Assembly: GCA_963704475.1 (NCBI GenBank)
Contig: OY969900.1
Span: 1,301,453-1,365,452, forward strand
Direction of reading: 5' to 3'
DNA: 64,000 bases
Source of the DNA: an uncultured Alphaproteobacteria bacterium
Lineage (GTDB): Bacteria > Pseudomonadota > Alphaproteobacteria > UBA9655
Within the stretch, counting starts at the first letter, position 1, and each line of letters starts with the position of its first letter. The position numbers and the translations under genes were made by a program. The notes under the pieces are model-generated. The model ran no database searches. It saw nothing but the letters and a program-made list of their open reading frames with translations, and was not told where the DNA came from. Shown here in pieces: positions 43,685-52,343 of the stretch.

Positions 43685-45375
43685 GCGACCAAAAAAATTT
43701 ATTTATTGCCATTTTCCTGGCGCTTGCGATTTTATTAGGGTTTCAGTATTTCTTCCCCTCTTCTCCTGATCAGAGAGTTGAAGCGCCATGCCCTCAAGTT
43801 GAAAAGCAACCTACTCCTCTTCAGGCTGTACCGACTATAACACGAGACCAAGCTATACAAGCCGTTCCCCAACGCCTCCCCCTTCACACCAGTAAGATGA
43901 AAGGATCGTTAAACCTTACAGGAGCACGCTTTGATGATTTAACGCTCACAGCCTATCATGAAACCGTCAACCCACAGAGTCCTGAAATTACCCTGCTCTC
44001 TCCTGCGAGCTGTACATCAGCCTATTATGCTCGTTTTGGGTGGAGCCCCCTTCAAGGGATAGCACTCCCCGATGAGAACACTCTATGGAAGACAAATGAC
44101 ACGACTCTCACAGAGCAGACCCCCGTTACTTTAATGTGGGACAATGGCCAAGGGCTTCTTTTTCAACAAACAATTTCTGTTGATGAACAGTATATGTTTA
44201 CCATTACCCAAAAAGTAACAAATACGACTGCAGGCCCTGTTTCCCTTACCCCACACGCCGTATTAAACCGGGGGGGCGATCCTAAATCATCGGGGTTCTT
44301 TATTCTTCATGAAGGCCCGGTTGGCGTTTTCGAAGGCAAACTATCGGATCCAAGCTATGACGATATTGCAAAAACTGGGTCTCTTGAAAATCCAAAAGCA
44401 AAAGGGTGGTTAGGGTTTACGGACAAATATTGGCTCGCGGCTCTTATCCCTGATCCTTCTGCTCCTATGACGTCTTCCTACACCCGCAAAGGGTCAGGTG
44501 AGGCAACCCTGATGACGGCCACCTATCAAAGAGATCCTCTCCCTATTGCTCCTGGGCAAAGCCTTGAGATCACGGATCATTTTTTTGCAGGGGCTAAAGT
44601 ATTACGCCTCCTTGATGGGTATCAAGAAACGCTTGGGATTAATCACTTTGATTTAGCTGTTGATTTTGGGTGGTTTTATTTCCTTACAAAACCTATTTTC
44701 TATGCCCTTGAGTTCCTCAAAGATATTTTAGGAAACTTTGGGCTTGCGATCTTAGCGCTGACTGTTTTGATTAAGCTTGTCTTCTTGCCGCTGGCCAATA
44801 AGTCCTATCAATCCATGGGAAAAATGAAGGCCTTACAACCAGAAATTGAAAAAGTGCGCGAAAAGTATGCCGATGACCGCATGAAAATGAATGAAAAAGT
44901 CATGGAGCTTTACAAGCAAGAGAAGGTCAATCCCTTGGCGGGGTGCTTGCCTATGGTTGTTCAGATTCCTGTGTTCTTTGCCCTTTATAAGGTCTTGTTC
45001 GTCAGCATTGAAATGCGCCAGGCGCCATTTTTTGGATGGATTCATGATCTGTCAGCGCCAGATCCGACGACGGCCTTTAACCTTTTTGGCCTTATTCCTT
45101 GGGACCCTCCCTCTTTCCTCATGATCGGTGCGTGGCCATTAATGATGGGATGCACAATGTTTTTGCAGCAAAAGATGAGCCCCCCACCGGCTGATCCTAC
45201 GCAAGCTAAAATGTTCCTTTTGATGCCCATTTTCTTTACCTACCTTTTGTCCCAATTCCCTGCAGGGTTGGTGATTTACTGGACATGGAACAACGTCCTG
45301 TCTGTGGGACAACAGTGGATCATTATGAAGCGCGCGCAGAAGAAAAGTGCCACAAAACATGCTTCAAGATCTTAA
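43681..45375 (+). CDS. yidC: membrane protein insertase YidC
   Basis: 564 aa with a large periplasmic domain and then a conserved C-terminal core ([35 protein letters not shown]). Confidence 0.95.
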   Translation: MSDQKNLFIAIFLALAILLGFQYFFPSSPDQRVEAPCPQVEKQPTPLQAVPTITRDQAIQAVPQRLPLHTSKMKGSLNLTGARFDDLTLTAYHETVNPQSPEITLLSPASCTSAYYARFGWSPLQGIALPDENTLWKTNDTTLTEQTPVTLMWDNGQGLLFQQTISVDEQYMFTITQKVTNTTAGPVSLTPHAVLNRGGDPKSSGFFILHEGPVGVFEGKLSDPSYDDIAKTGSLENPKAKGWLGFTDKYWLAALIPDPSAPMTSSYTRKGSGEATLMTATYQRDPLPIAPGQSLEITDHFFAGAKVLRLLDGYQETLGINHFDLAVDFGWFYFLTKPIFYALEFLKDILGNFGLAILALTVLIKLVFLPLANKSYQSMGKMKALQPEIEKVREKYADDRMKMNEKVMELYKQEKVNPLAGCLPMVVQIPVFFALYKVLFVSIEMRQAPFFGWIHDLSAPDPTTAFNLFGLIPWDPPSFLMIGAWPLMMGCTMFLQQKMSPPPADPTQAKMFLLMPIFFTYLLSQFPAGLVIYWTWNNVLSVGQQWIIMKRAQKKSATKHASRS

Positions 45376-45988
45376 GGAATTTGCCCGGTGGCTTTTTACC
45401 CAAGATTGTGTGTTTATGAGGGGGGTAGACAAAATCGCCTCTCTTCCCGAGGCGTCTTTTCCTGAGATTGCCTTTGCAGGACGCTCAAATGTGGGAAAAT
45501 CAAGTCTTATCAATGCTCTTTTGGGGCGCCTGCGACTTGCGCGGGTCTCTCATACCCCTGGGCGAACCCAGCAGCTTAACTTCTTTCTTCTTGCCAATCG
45601 ATTGGTTGTTGTTGACATGCCGGGGTATGGGTATGCGGCTGTGTCAAAAGAAAAACTAAAGGTATTTTCAGGCCTGATACAAGACTATTTAAAGGGACGA
45701 GTGCCTCTTAAGCGGGTCTTCTTACTGATTGATAGTCGTCATGGGATCAAACCCCCTGACGTGATCGTGATGGATATGTTAGACAAAGCGGCTGTCTCTT
45801 ATCAAATCGTCCTCACAAAAGAGGATAAGTGCACGCAGGCCCACCTTGAATCACTCCTCTCTTCTTTAAGAGAAACCCTTAAACGACATCCTGCGGCTTT
45901 TCCAGAGCCTCTTTTAACAAGTTCTGTGACAAAAGAAGGCCTTGCGTCATTGCGAGAAACAATTGCAGAGCTTACAATTCTTGCATAG
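45347..45988 (+). CDS. engB: ribosome biogenesis GTP-binding protein YihA/EngB
   Basis: G1 motif GRSNVGKSSLINAL, DMPGYGY, and LTKEDK (G4). Confidence 0.9.
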   Translation: MPQNMLQDLKEFARWLFTQDCVFMRGVDKIASLPEASFPEIAFAGRSNVGKSSLINALLGRLRLARVSHTPGRTQQLNFFLLANRLVVVDMPGYGYAAVSKEKLKVFSGLIQDYLKGRVPLKRVFLLIDSRHGIKPPDVIVMDMLDKAAVSYQIVLTKEDKCTQAHLESLLSSLRETLKRHPAAFPEPLLTSSVTKEGLASLRETIAELTILA

Positions 45989-46112
45989 CTCAAAAGCCTT
46001 TAAGAACAACGGAAGGCCTTACAAAGTCCCATGAAGTCCTGTTTTTTGGTCAAATCAGGAGGAGGTAAAAGAGAACGAGTCACAAAGATTTTCGAGATGT
46101 TCAAATACTTGG

Positions 46113-46195
46113 TTTGTTATGAAAGCACGCGCCTATTCTGCCCTCTGTGTCCTCGCCTCTTACCTCTGGACCCTGATTCAATGGATAGTGTTTTA
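46113..46195 (+). pseudogene. 3-prime relic of a paralogue of the 46827-51023 gene
   Basis: ttgttatgaaagcacgcgcctattctgccctctgtgtcctcgcctcttacctctggaccctgattcaatggatagtgttttaa aligns with 50941-51023, the last 27 codons and stop of the large gene. In the matching frame it reads VVMKARAYSALCVLASYLWTLIQWIVF*. Confidence 0.7.
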
Positions 46196-46215
46196 ATACC
46201 AATGATAGTGTTTTA

Positions 46216-46352
46216 ATACCATTTCGCATTCAATAGGTTGATATTCTGGATTGCTTCGCTTCGCTCGCAATGACGGAAATTGGCGTCATTGCGAGGAGCC
46301 GAAGGCGACGAAGCAACTCATTTTTGTCTGCCACTTGATTGATAAGTGGTAT
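46216..46352. repeat. 137-bp MITE-like element, copy B
   Basis: 3 mismatches to 21906-22042 over 137 nt by manual alignment. Confidence 0.9.
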
Positions 46353-46429
46353 AAGATGTGATTCCAAACACTATCCTTGAAGAGCGTTAAGGGTATCATT
46401 TTTTTATAGAGAAAATGTTGAGAGACAGG

Positions 46430-46594
46430 AGGTAATTGCAAAATTATTTTCCCGGTTGTCCTAGAACTTCTAGCTCGAGGATCTTCTCAAAAGAGGCAAG
46501 ATCTTCGGTTCAAGAAAAGGTAATGTTTTCCTTCGAAAAACAAACCTTTTCTAGCCCGAGGATGATAAGGGTTGATTGAATTTTGCAATTCCCT
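46430..46594. repeat. MITE-like element with AATTGCAAAAT terminal inverted repeats (family 3)
   Basis: gaggtaattgcaaaattattttccc ... gattgaattttgcaattccctc. The interior carries ctcgaggatc / cccgaggatg motifs. Confidence 0.7.
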
Positions 46595-46826
46595 CACAGG
46601 TCTAAAAATATCAGATATTCGAATATAAAGTATTTTTTAAACTCTTTAATGCTTGACTTCCAAGAAAGATGGATCTTTAGTGAAAAAAAAAGATAAGAAA
46701 TATGATGAAGCTGTTAAAGATAAAAAGACAGCCACGTGAAAGATTCAATATCATGAGTGCAAGGAATTGTTGTATAGTATCTCACAGTCTCGGGGAAACG
46801 CGCCAAGATGGGGAAGGGGAAGAAAA

Positions 46827-49800
46827 ATGATCCGATTATTTTTCTTTCAAAAGTTCTTCTCTCAAAAACATCTGCTGGTTGCCCTTCGTTCTTTTGGGAC
46901 CCGCGTTCTGTGTTGGCTCCTTATCAGTTCAATTCTTGCCTCTGATTTAGCCTATGCGATGCAAAAGCCAGGGCTGGGGCAGCACGCGGATGATGCATCA
47001 GGTGTCGTTGTCCCCCCCTCAGTTCCAGTTCGACGCCAGGATGCAGCTGCATCTGCTGCAGTACCTCCTCTTCCCGATAGTTCTACCTCCTCATCGAGTC
47101 GGCGTTTTCTCCATGATACAGCAGAGGAGGGTACGTCTCTTGGTATGAGGTCCCCCTCAGGAGTTGCGGTTGCAGGAGCTGCGGTTTCTGGAAGTGAGAG
47201 TGTTCCAGTCGTGGCTATGCTTGCAGCAAAACTAGAAGATGCCGCAAGACCAGCAGATGCTGCGCAACAAACAGATGTCGCAAAACCACGAGGGTCTTCT
47301 GACGAAACAACCCCAGAGAGAAAACCATCTCCGCCAGGATCTGGATCAGGGTCTTCAACACCTCCTGGGGAAAATCCTTTGGCACAACGCACGTCGTCAG
47401 GGACTCCCACGCCACCCGGTGGATCATCTGGGAACGAATCATCAACTTCTCACCCTGTTGGAGTACCCGCCACCGCTCAGCCTCTTCCTACAGCATCTGC
47501 CACCGCTCAGTCTCTTGTGGAGGTCGCAAGAGCTGCGTCTCTTGCCTCTGCACCTCCTCCTGTGCCTCTTACACCTGCAGCTGGTTTAGCTACTGGGGTG
47601 AGTCAGGGTGATAAAAAAGTACCCACTCCACAGAGGGCCCCTCTAGACCCACATCGCCCTTCTGCAGCTCCAGCAAATGAAAACACCTCCTCTCCTAATC
47701 TTGAGATTCCAAGTAATTCTCGTTTTTCCGCATCTGTAGTGCAGAGAACGCATATCATCAATGACGACGATCCGGGGGCTTTAGCTCGGGGAAATGAAGA
47801 TAGCGATACGGACACTGATCCTGATTCTGAGCTTGATTGGGGGGGTATAATCTATCCACGTGGCCCACGTTCTGAAGCTGGCCATTCGTCTGCTGCAGAG
47901 GGAGGAGATGAAAAAACTCCGCTTCTTCCTTCTGCGTCTAGTTCCGCCCGTTTCATGCAGGAAGGCCAACGTCTCGTCGATGAATATAACCGTCTCAAAG
48001 ACGTACACGGAGAAGATTCTCCGGAAGCGCTTGAAGCTAAGCGTCTCATGGATCAATATTATGCCATAGATAATTCGGAGGGATCCGGGGGACGGAAGCT
48101 TGGACCGAACCAGGGGCGCCTGAATGATGAACAGCTGAAAGAGCTTTTCGGCAGGCTTCATAACTTCGACCCGAAAACAGCTGAATTCTTACGCTACGCT
48201 AAAGACTCCATCATCGATGGTACGTTGACCAAAAAACAAATGGCGGCTCTGCTCTTTGCCATAGTCATGGGAGGGGGGGCAGGGGCGGCGGCAGCGGCTC
48301 CATTGATGTATTCATTAGCTTATTTTAGTAATGAGTTTAAGGAGGGTAATTTATTAGGTTCGATCCTTCCGTTCTTCGTAAATGTAACCCAAGCTCTCGA
48401 TGCCATGTCCCGTTTAGGATCGAACGCGGTGAGGATAGCACGTCCTGATTCAGAGGCCTTTTTGATGCCTGTGACGTCAGCTCATCGATGGGTGAGATGT
48501 GTAGCCCTCGGATTAATCGTTTTAGCCTCCACGGCTTTGGCAGTGCTCCCCCTTTATTATCTCTATGAAGCTCAATTTAAAAATATGCTTGTTGCCAAGA
48601 GTAAAGGAGAAGACGTCACGCCTATTGAAATTTTCCTCTACATAACCGCTCCTGGATATCTATTGTACCATATTGTGGCCCATAGTGGCTTTCCCGGTGT
48701 GAAGTGGGCACTTGAGATGGTGAAGGAGATTTATTATGCCCCTTTGCGTCAAGCAGCGCCCCAAGATGAAAAGATGCGTAATGAGATTTCATGGCGTCTT
48801 CAAGATACGGTCCGTCTGTTGAATCACCTGTCAGATGGGGAGATCGATCAATTCTATACCCTCCTTTTTGAGCGACGGGTTGAGGACACACCCCATCTTC
48901 GGTCTTTGTTAGACGGATCGATATGGCAGTCAAGGGGGAAGGTTTTTTACACCGTGGAAGAAATTAACCGTTTGACAAAGAAAGGCGTGTTGCGGCCACA
49001 AGATGTTGAGCTAACTGAAGAAGAAAGAATCGCCCTTGCCTCTGCTTTGCGGAAGAAACAACAAAATCTTCAAGCTGATCCTGTGATCGGCTCGCTCTTG
49101 AAGAAATATGCAGAAAAACGGTCTGAAGAAGCAAGAGTTACCCTTGCCGCTGCGTTGAGACAGAAGAACCAGAACTTAAAAACTGATCCAGTGATCGGTC
49201 CCATACTTAAGAGATATGTAGAGAGACGTCAGCAGACCGAATCTAGCTTTTCATTAGACGAGGCTGAGAGAGACTTGATTCTAGGTAGAATAGAGGTCGA
49301 ATGTAGTTTTTCATTGGACGATGCCGAGAGATACCTGACTCAAAGTCGTGCGCTCACCCCAGATGAAATAGGGGCCGCAACTCAAGCCCTCTGCGTTTGG
49401 TATTTAAGACCAGGGGCTGTGCTTACACCGCGAGAAATGGAGCGTCTGACCACAAAAGGTTTCCTTACGGATCAAGATAAGGAAATGACAGATGAGGAAA
49501 GACTTAAGCTTGCGCAAGACATGAAGGAGGATGCGTGGAACGCCGTCCTTCAGCGTCACCTCGGCCGCCAACACCAGTTTGTGTCTGTAGAGGAGCAGAA
49601 TAAATACTTTGCTAAGAGTCGCACGCTTAAAGAAGAGGAAAGAGAAGCCGCTCTTCAGACCCTTATCACTCAAATGGAAGCCATGCGGACCTTAGGAGTC
49701 ATTTCGGCCTTTCACGACGAAAATTACAAATCCTTTCCGCAAGCCCTGCCACAGGAAAAGATCCATGATCTCTCCGATAAGGTTGCAACTACTTCAAAGG

Positions 49801-51023
49801 CACTGTCCGTTGTTGGGAAAGCGGTCGCTTTTTATTGGTTGTTTAATGGGTTTTTAGCAACTCCAAATTTCGTAGAAGATCCTGCGACATCTGCGAGCAA
49901 TGGGAATACAAGTAATGCAAATACAACGGCGGGCAATATGACAGTCAGTGGAAACGACGCACCTTTACCAGGCCCTGCAGGTCACTTCATTGCGGCGGTG
50001 CTGACAGTGGGTGAAATGATTGTTCTAGGGAAAATTGAGAAGAACGGTGTGCGGAACTTTTTCTTCCGCCTGATGGGGGGGAAGGACCTCAACGATCATA
50101 CCTCCCACCCCTTCCCCCGTATGGCGATACGGATCCTTTCTGGTCTTGTCGGGGCGTTTAATACCCTCCCCTTTTTAATCTTAGGGATGAAGGCAACGGA
50201 AAGTTGGGGAGATAGCCCTGGGGCAATTGTGGGAAAAATCCTCCTGCTTGCCCCTTACGTTTTTGCAGATATTTTCCGGAACATACGAAACTATTTAGAC
50301 CCTTATCAAGCCCTCCTTTCTGCGTTTGAGAAAGTATGGGCGAAGATATATGGCAAATGTGGGTGTGGGCCTACTTGTGAGCCGTCGTCTGGATATAAGC
50401 GGGATACGTTGAAGGCGATACTCATTGCTATCTTGGAGCTCTTTGGAGATGCCGCCTGGGAAGTTGTCAGAGATCTGAATAAGTTGATAGGCTCAAAAGC
50501 CTTAAGGGGGGGAGAGCAGAAAAACCCCGGTAGGTTTCAGACGGCAAGAGGCGCTATAGAATGCGACGATAGTCACCCCGTCCTTGGTACGTTGGTAGAG
50601 GCTTTGAAAGCGACAAACCGAGTGCCACCAGAAGACGGATTTTTAGAGTTAGACGAGGCCTCACGAGCGTCCTTTGAGTCCTTAATGGCTACCAAAAGTG
50701 GCACGAGGGTGCAGGGAAGTCAAGCTGCCACTTACGGAACTGGGACAACTGCAGCTACTAGTACAGGGGCACAAACACCCATAGCCGTTTCTCCTCTTCC
50801 TGATGGGGACGACCAAGCAGTCCTGAGTCAGTTCCAAGAGCAGCGCTCACAGGCTGCGGAGCCGCCGCTGACGTTGTGTGAGAAAGGAGCTGCTCGTTGG
50901 ACGCAATTTCAAGAGGAGATTGAGACGCAGGGACTGTGTGTTGTTATGAAAGCATACGCCTATTCTGCCCTCTGCGTCCTTGCTTCTTACCTCTGGACCT
51001 TCTTCCAATGGATAGCGCTCTAA
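46827..51023 (+). CDS. hypothetical large polytopic membrane protein with a disordered N-terminal third, internal repeats and a C-terminal tail anchor
   Basis: The ORF track gives 1418 aa. The ATG at 46827 gives MIRLFFFQKFF...VLCWLLISSILASDLAYA (signal or anchor). About 330 S/P/A/T-rich residues follow, then at least 8 hydrophobic helices, repeated RLTxKGxLxxQDxExTxEER modules, and a terminal hydrophobic YAYSALCVLASYLWTFFQWIAL. Confidence 0.6.
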   Translation: MIRLFFFQKFFSQKHLLVALRSFGTRVLCWLLISSILASDLAYAMQKPGLGQHADDASGVVVPPSVPVRRQDAAASAAVPPLPDSSTSSSSRRFLHDTAEEGTSLGMRSPSGVAVAGAAVSGSESVPVVAMLAAKLEDAARPADAAQQTDVAKPRGSSDETTPERKPSPPGSGSGSSTPPGENPLAQRTSSGTPTPPGGSSGNESSTSHPVGVPATAQPLPTASATAQSLVEVARAASLASAPPPVPLTPAAGLATGVSQGDKKVPTPQRAPLDPHRPSAAPANENTSSPNLEIPSNSRFSASVVQRTHIINDDDPGALARGNEDSDTDTDPDSELDWGGIIYPRGPRSEAGHSSAAEGGDEKTPLLPSASSSARFMQEGQRLVDEYNRLKDVHGEDSPEALEAKRLMDQYYAIDNSEGSGGRKLGPNQGRLNDEQLKELFGRLHNFDPKTAEFLRYAKDSIIDGTLTKKQMAALLFAIVMGGGAGAAAAAPLMYSLAYFSNEFKEGNLLGSILPFFVNVTQALDAMSRLGSNAVRIARPDSEAFLMPVTSAHRWVRCVALGLIVLASTALAVLPLYYLYEAQFKNMLVAKSKGEDVTPIEIFLYITAPGYLLYHIVAHSGFPGVKWALEMVKEIYYAPLRQAAPQDEKMRNEISWRLQDTVRLLNHLSDGEIDQFYTLLFERRVEDTPHLRSLLDGSIWQSRGKVFYTVEEINRLTKKGVLRPQDVELTEEERIALASALRKKQQNLQADPVIGSLLKKYAEKRSEEARVTLAAALRQKNQNLKTDPVIGPILKRYVERRQQTESSFSLDEAERDLILGRIEVECSFSLDDAERYLTQSRALTPDEIGAATQALCVWYLRPGAVLTPREMERLTTKGFLTDQDKEMTDEERLKLAQDMKEDAWNAVLQRHLGRQHQFVSVEEQNKYFAKSRTLKEEEREAALQTLITQMEAMRTLGVISAFHDENYKSFPQALPQEKIHDLSDKVATTSKALSVVGKAVAFYWLFNGFLATPNFVEDPATSASNGNTSNANTTAGNMTVSGNDAPLPGPAGHFIAAVLTVGEMIVLGKIEKNGVRNFFFRLMGGKDLNDHTSHPFPRMAIRILSGLVGAFNTLPFLILGMKATESWGDSPGAIVGKILLLAPYVFADIFRNIRNYLDPYQALLSAFEKVWAKIYGKCGCGPTCEPSSGYKRDTLKAILIAILELFGDAAWEVVRDLNKLIGSKALRGGEQKNPGRFQTARGAIECDDSHPVLGTLVEALKATNRVPPEDGFLELDEASRASFESLMATKSGTRVQGSQAATYGTGTTAATSTGAQTPIAVSPLPDGDDQAVLSQFQEQRSQAAEPPLTLCEKGAARWTQFQEEIETQGLCVVMKAYAYSALCVLASYLWTFFQWIAL

Positions 51024-51100
51024 AACAGATCCCTTGGAGGTCTGACTTTAAAGTGCTATCCGTGAAGAGCGATGGGTTTCCTGTCTTTTGAGGAGACCTC

Positions 51101-51301
51101 TCAAAGGTTCTTGGTACAATATCCATCCATGCATGTATTAGCGTTCAATGAAGAAGGACTAGCGACTTGATCTCCTGCTTTAGTGTGAGGAGCAGCTGCT
51201 GTAGAAGCAGGTGCTATGTCTGCTGCATTCACAGCCCCAGTCATTGCAAATCCTGCGAGAAGGGCGAGAGCTGAAAGAGTTGTTAAGTTGAATTTTTTCA
51301 T
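51101..51301 (-). CDS. hypothetical small secreted peptide
   Basis: 66 aa with an AAGGAGA RBS. Clear signal peptide MKKFNLTTLSALALLAGFAMTGAVNA-AD and a C-terminal CMDGYC loop. Confidence 0.55.
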   Translation of the reverse strand: MKKFNLTTLSALALLAGFAMTGAVNAADIAPASTAAAPHTKAGDQVASPSSLNANTCMDGYCTKNL

Positions 51302-51551
51302 GATATTTCTCCTTTGTAACAGTTGTAACGCGTAAATTGTAAATAATTTCCATGACTTAAAAATAATATTTTATAGCCAATAAAAACTATCTCTTTTATA
51401 TTATATGTCATAAACAGTTAATTATTTGCTAATACTAAATTATAATTTTGAATTTTTTTTTGAAAATTTTCGGAAGTAGAAAGCTTTATTGCGGGGGGAC
51501 TTGCTATCCATCATTTGTGCACTTTTGTAACTGGTGCCTGCATCATAGATC

Positions 51552-51629
<78 letters not shown>

Positions 51630-51829
51630 ATAAGGACTAGAAGGATCAAAAAGCTATGTGAACCTAGGAATGTCTACCAATATTCTTTATAAATGTCGAG
51701 AGGTTTTTAATTTTTTAATTTTAGAGGTTTTTAACTCAGTGTCACTGTTTAAGAAACATTGACAAAAATCATGATATCGCTGAATACTGAGCCTTAGAAT
51801 AACTTCTTGTGTGTTTAAAGGGTAACCTT

Positions 51830-52336
51830 ATGAGAATAAACTTAAGTATCGTTTTATTCGTGAGCTTAGGCCTTATGGGTTGTGCTTCCGATTACGAGTA
51901 TGAAGAAATTAAAACAGGACCAGAAGTAGATTCCAAAGAAAAAGGAGTAGGGAAACTTTTTGGTGAAGATACCCTTACTTTTGGGAGAGGGAAGAAGCGA
52001 AATCAAGAAGATGCGGGTATTTGTGTAAATAGTTATTTATGGCGAGCGAGTCTGGATACTATTTCTTTTATGCCTATTGCGCATGCTGATCCTTTTGGGG
52101 GGGTCATTTTTACAGACTGGTATTCTCCAGCAAGTTCTCGGGAACAGTTCAAGATCAATATCTTTATTCTTAGCCGTGCCCTTCGGTCAGATGGACTTAA
52201 GGTTAGTATTTTTCGAAAAGAAAAGAATTCTTCTGGTCAATGGGTTGATCAAGTCGTTGATCCCCAAACCATCACAGAGTTAGAGAAAACGATTTTAACC
52301 CGTGCGCGTCATTTTCGCTCAACGGTTGTAAAGTAA
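51830..52336 (+). CDS. DUF3576-like lipoprotein
   Basis: Lipobox LGLMGC from the ATG at 51830. [29 protein letters not shown] is typical of the conserved alphaproteobacterial lipoprotein upstream of leuS. Confidence 0.7.
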   Translation: MRINLSIVLFVSLGLMGCASDYEYEEIKTGPEVDSKEKGVGKLFGEDTLTFGRGKKRNQEDAGICVNSYLWRASLDTISFMPIAHADPFGGVIFTDWYSPASSREQFKINIFILSRALRSDGLKVSIFRKEKNSSGQWVDQVVDPQTITELEKTILTRARHFRSTVVK

Positions 52337-52343
52337 GGTTTCC

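Noticed and set aside
46031-46216. A 61-aa plus-strand ORF (MKSCFLVKSGGGKRERV...).
   Set aside because: It reads the paralogue relic in the wrong frame. The frame homologous to the giant gene tail gives VVMKARAYSALCVLASYLWTLIQWIVF* instead, so I treat the region as a pseudogene fragment.
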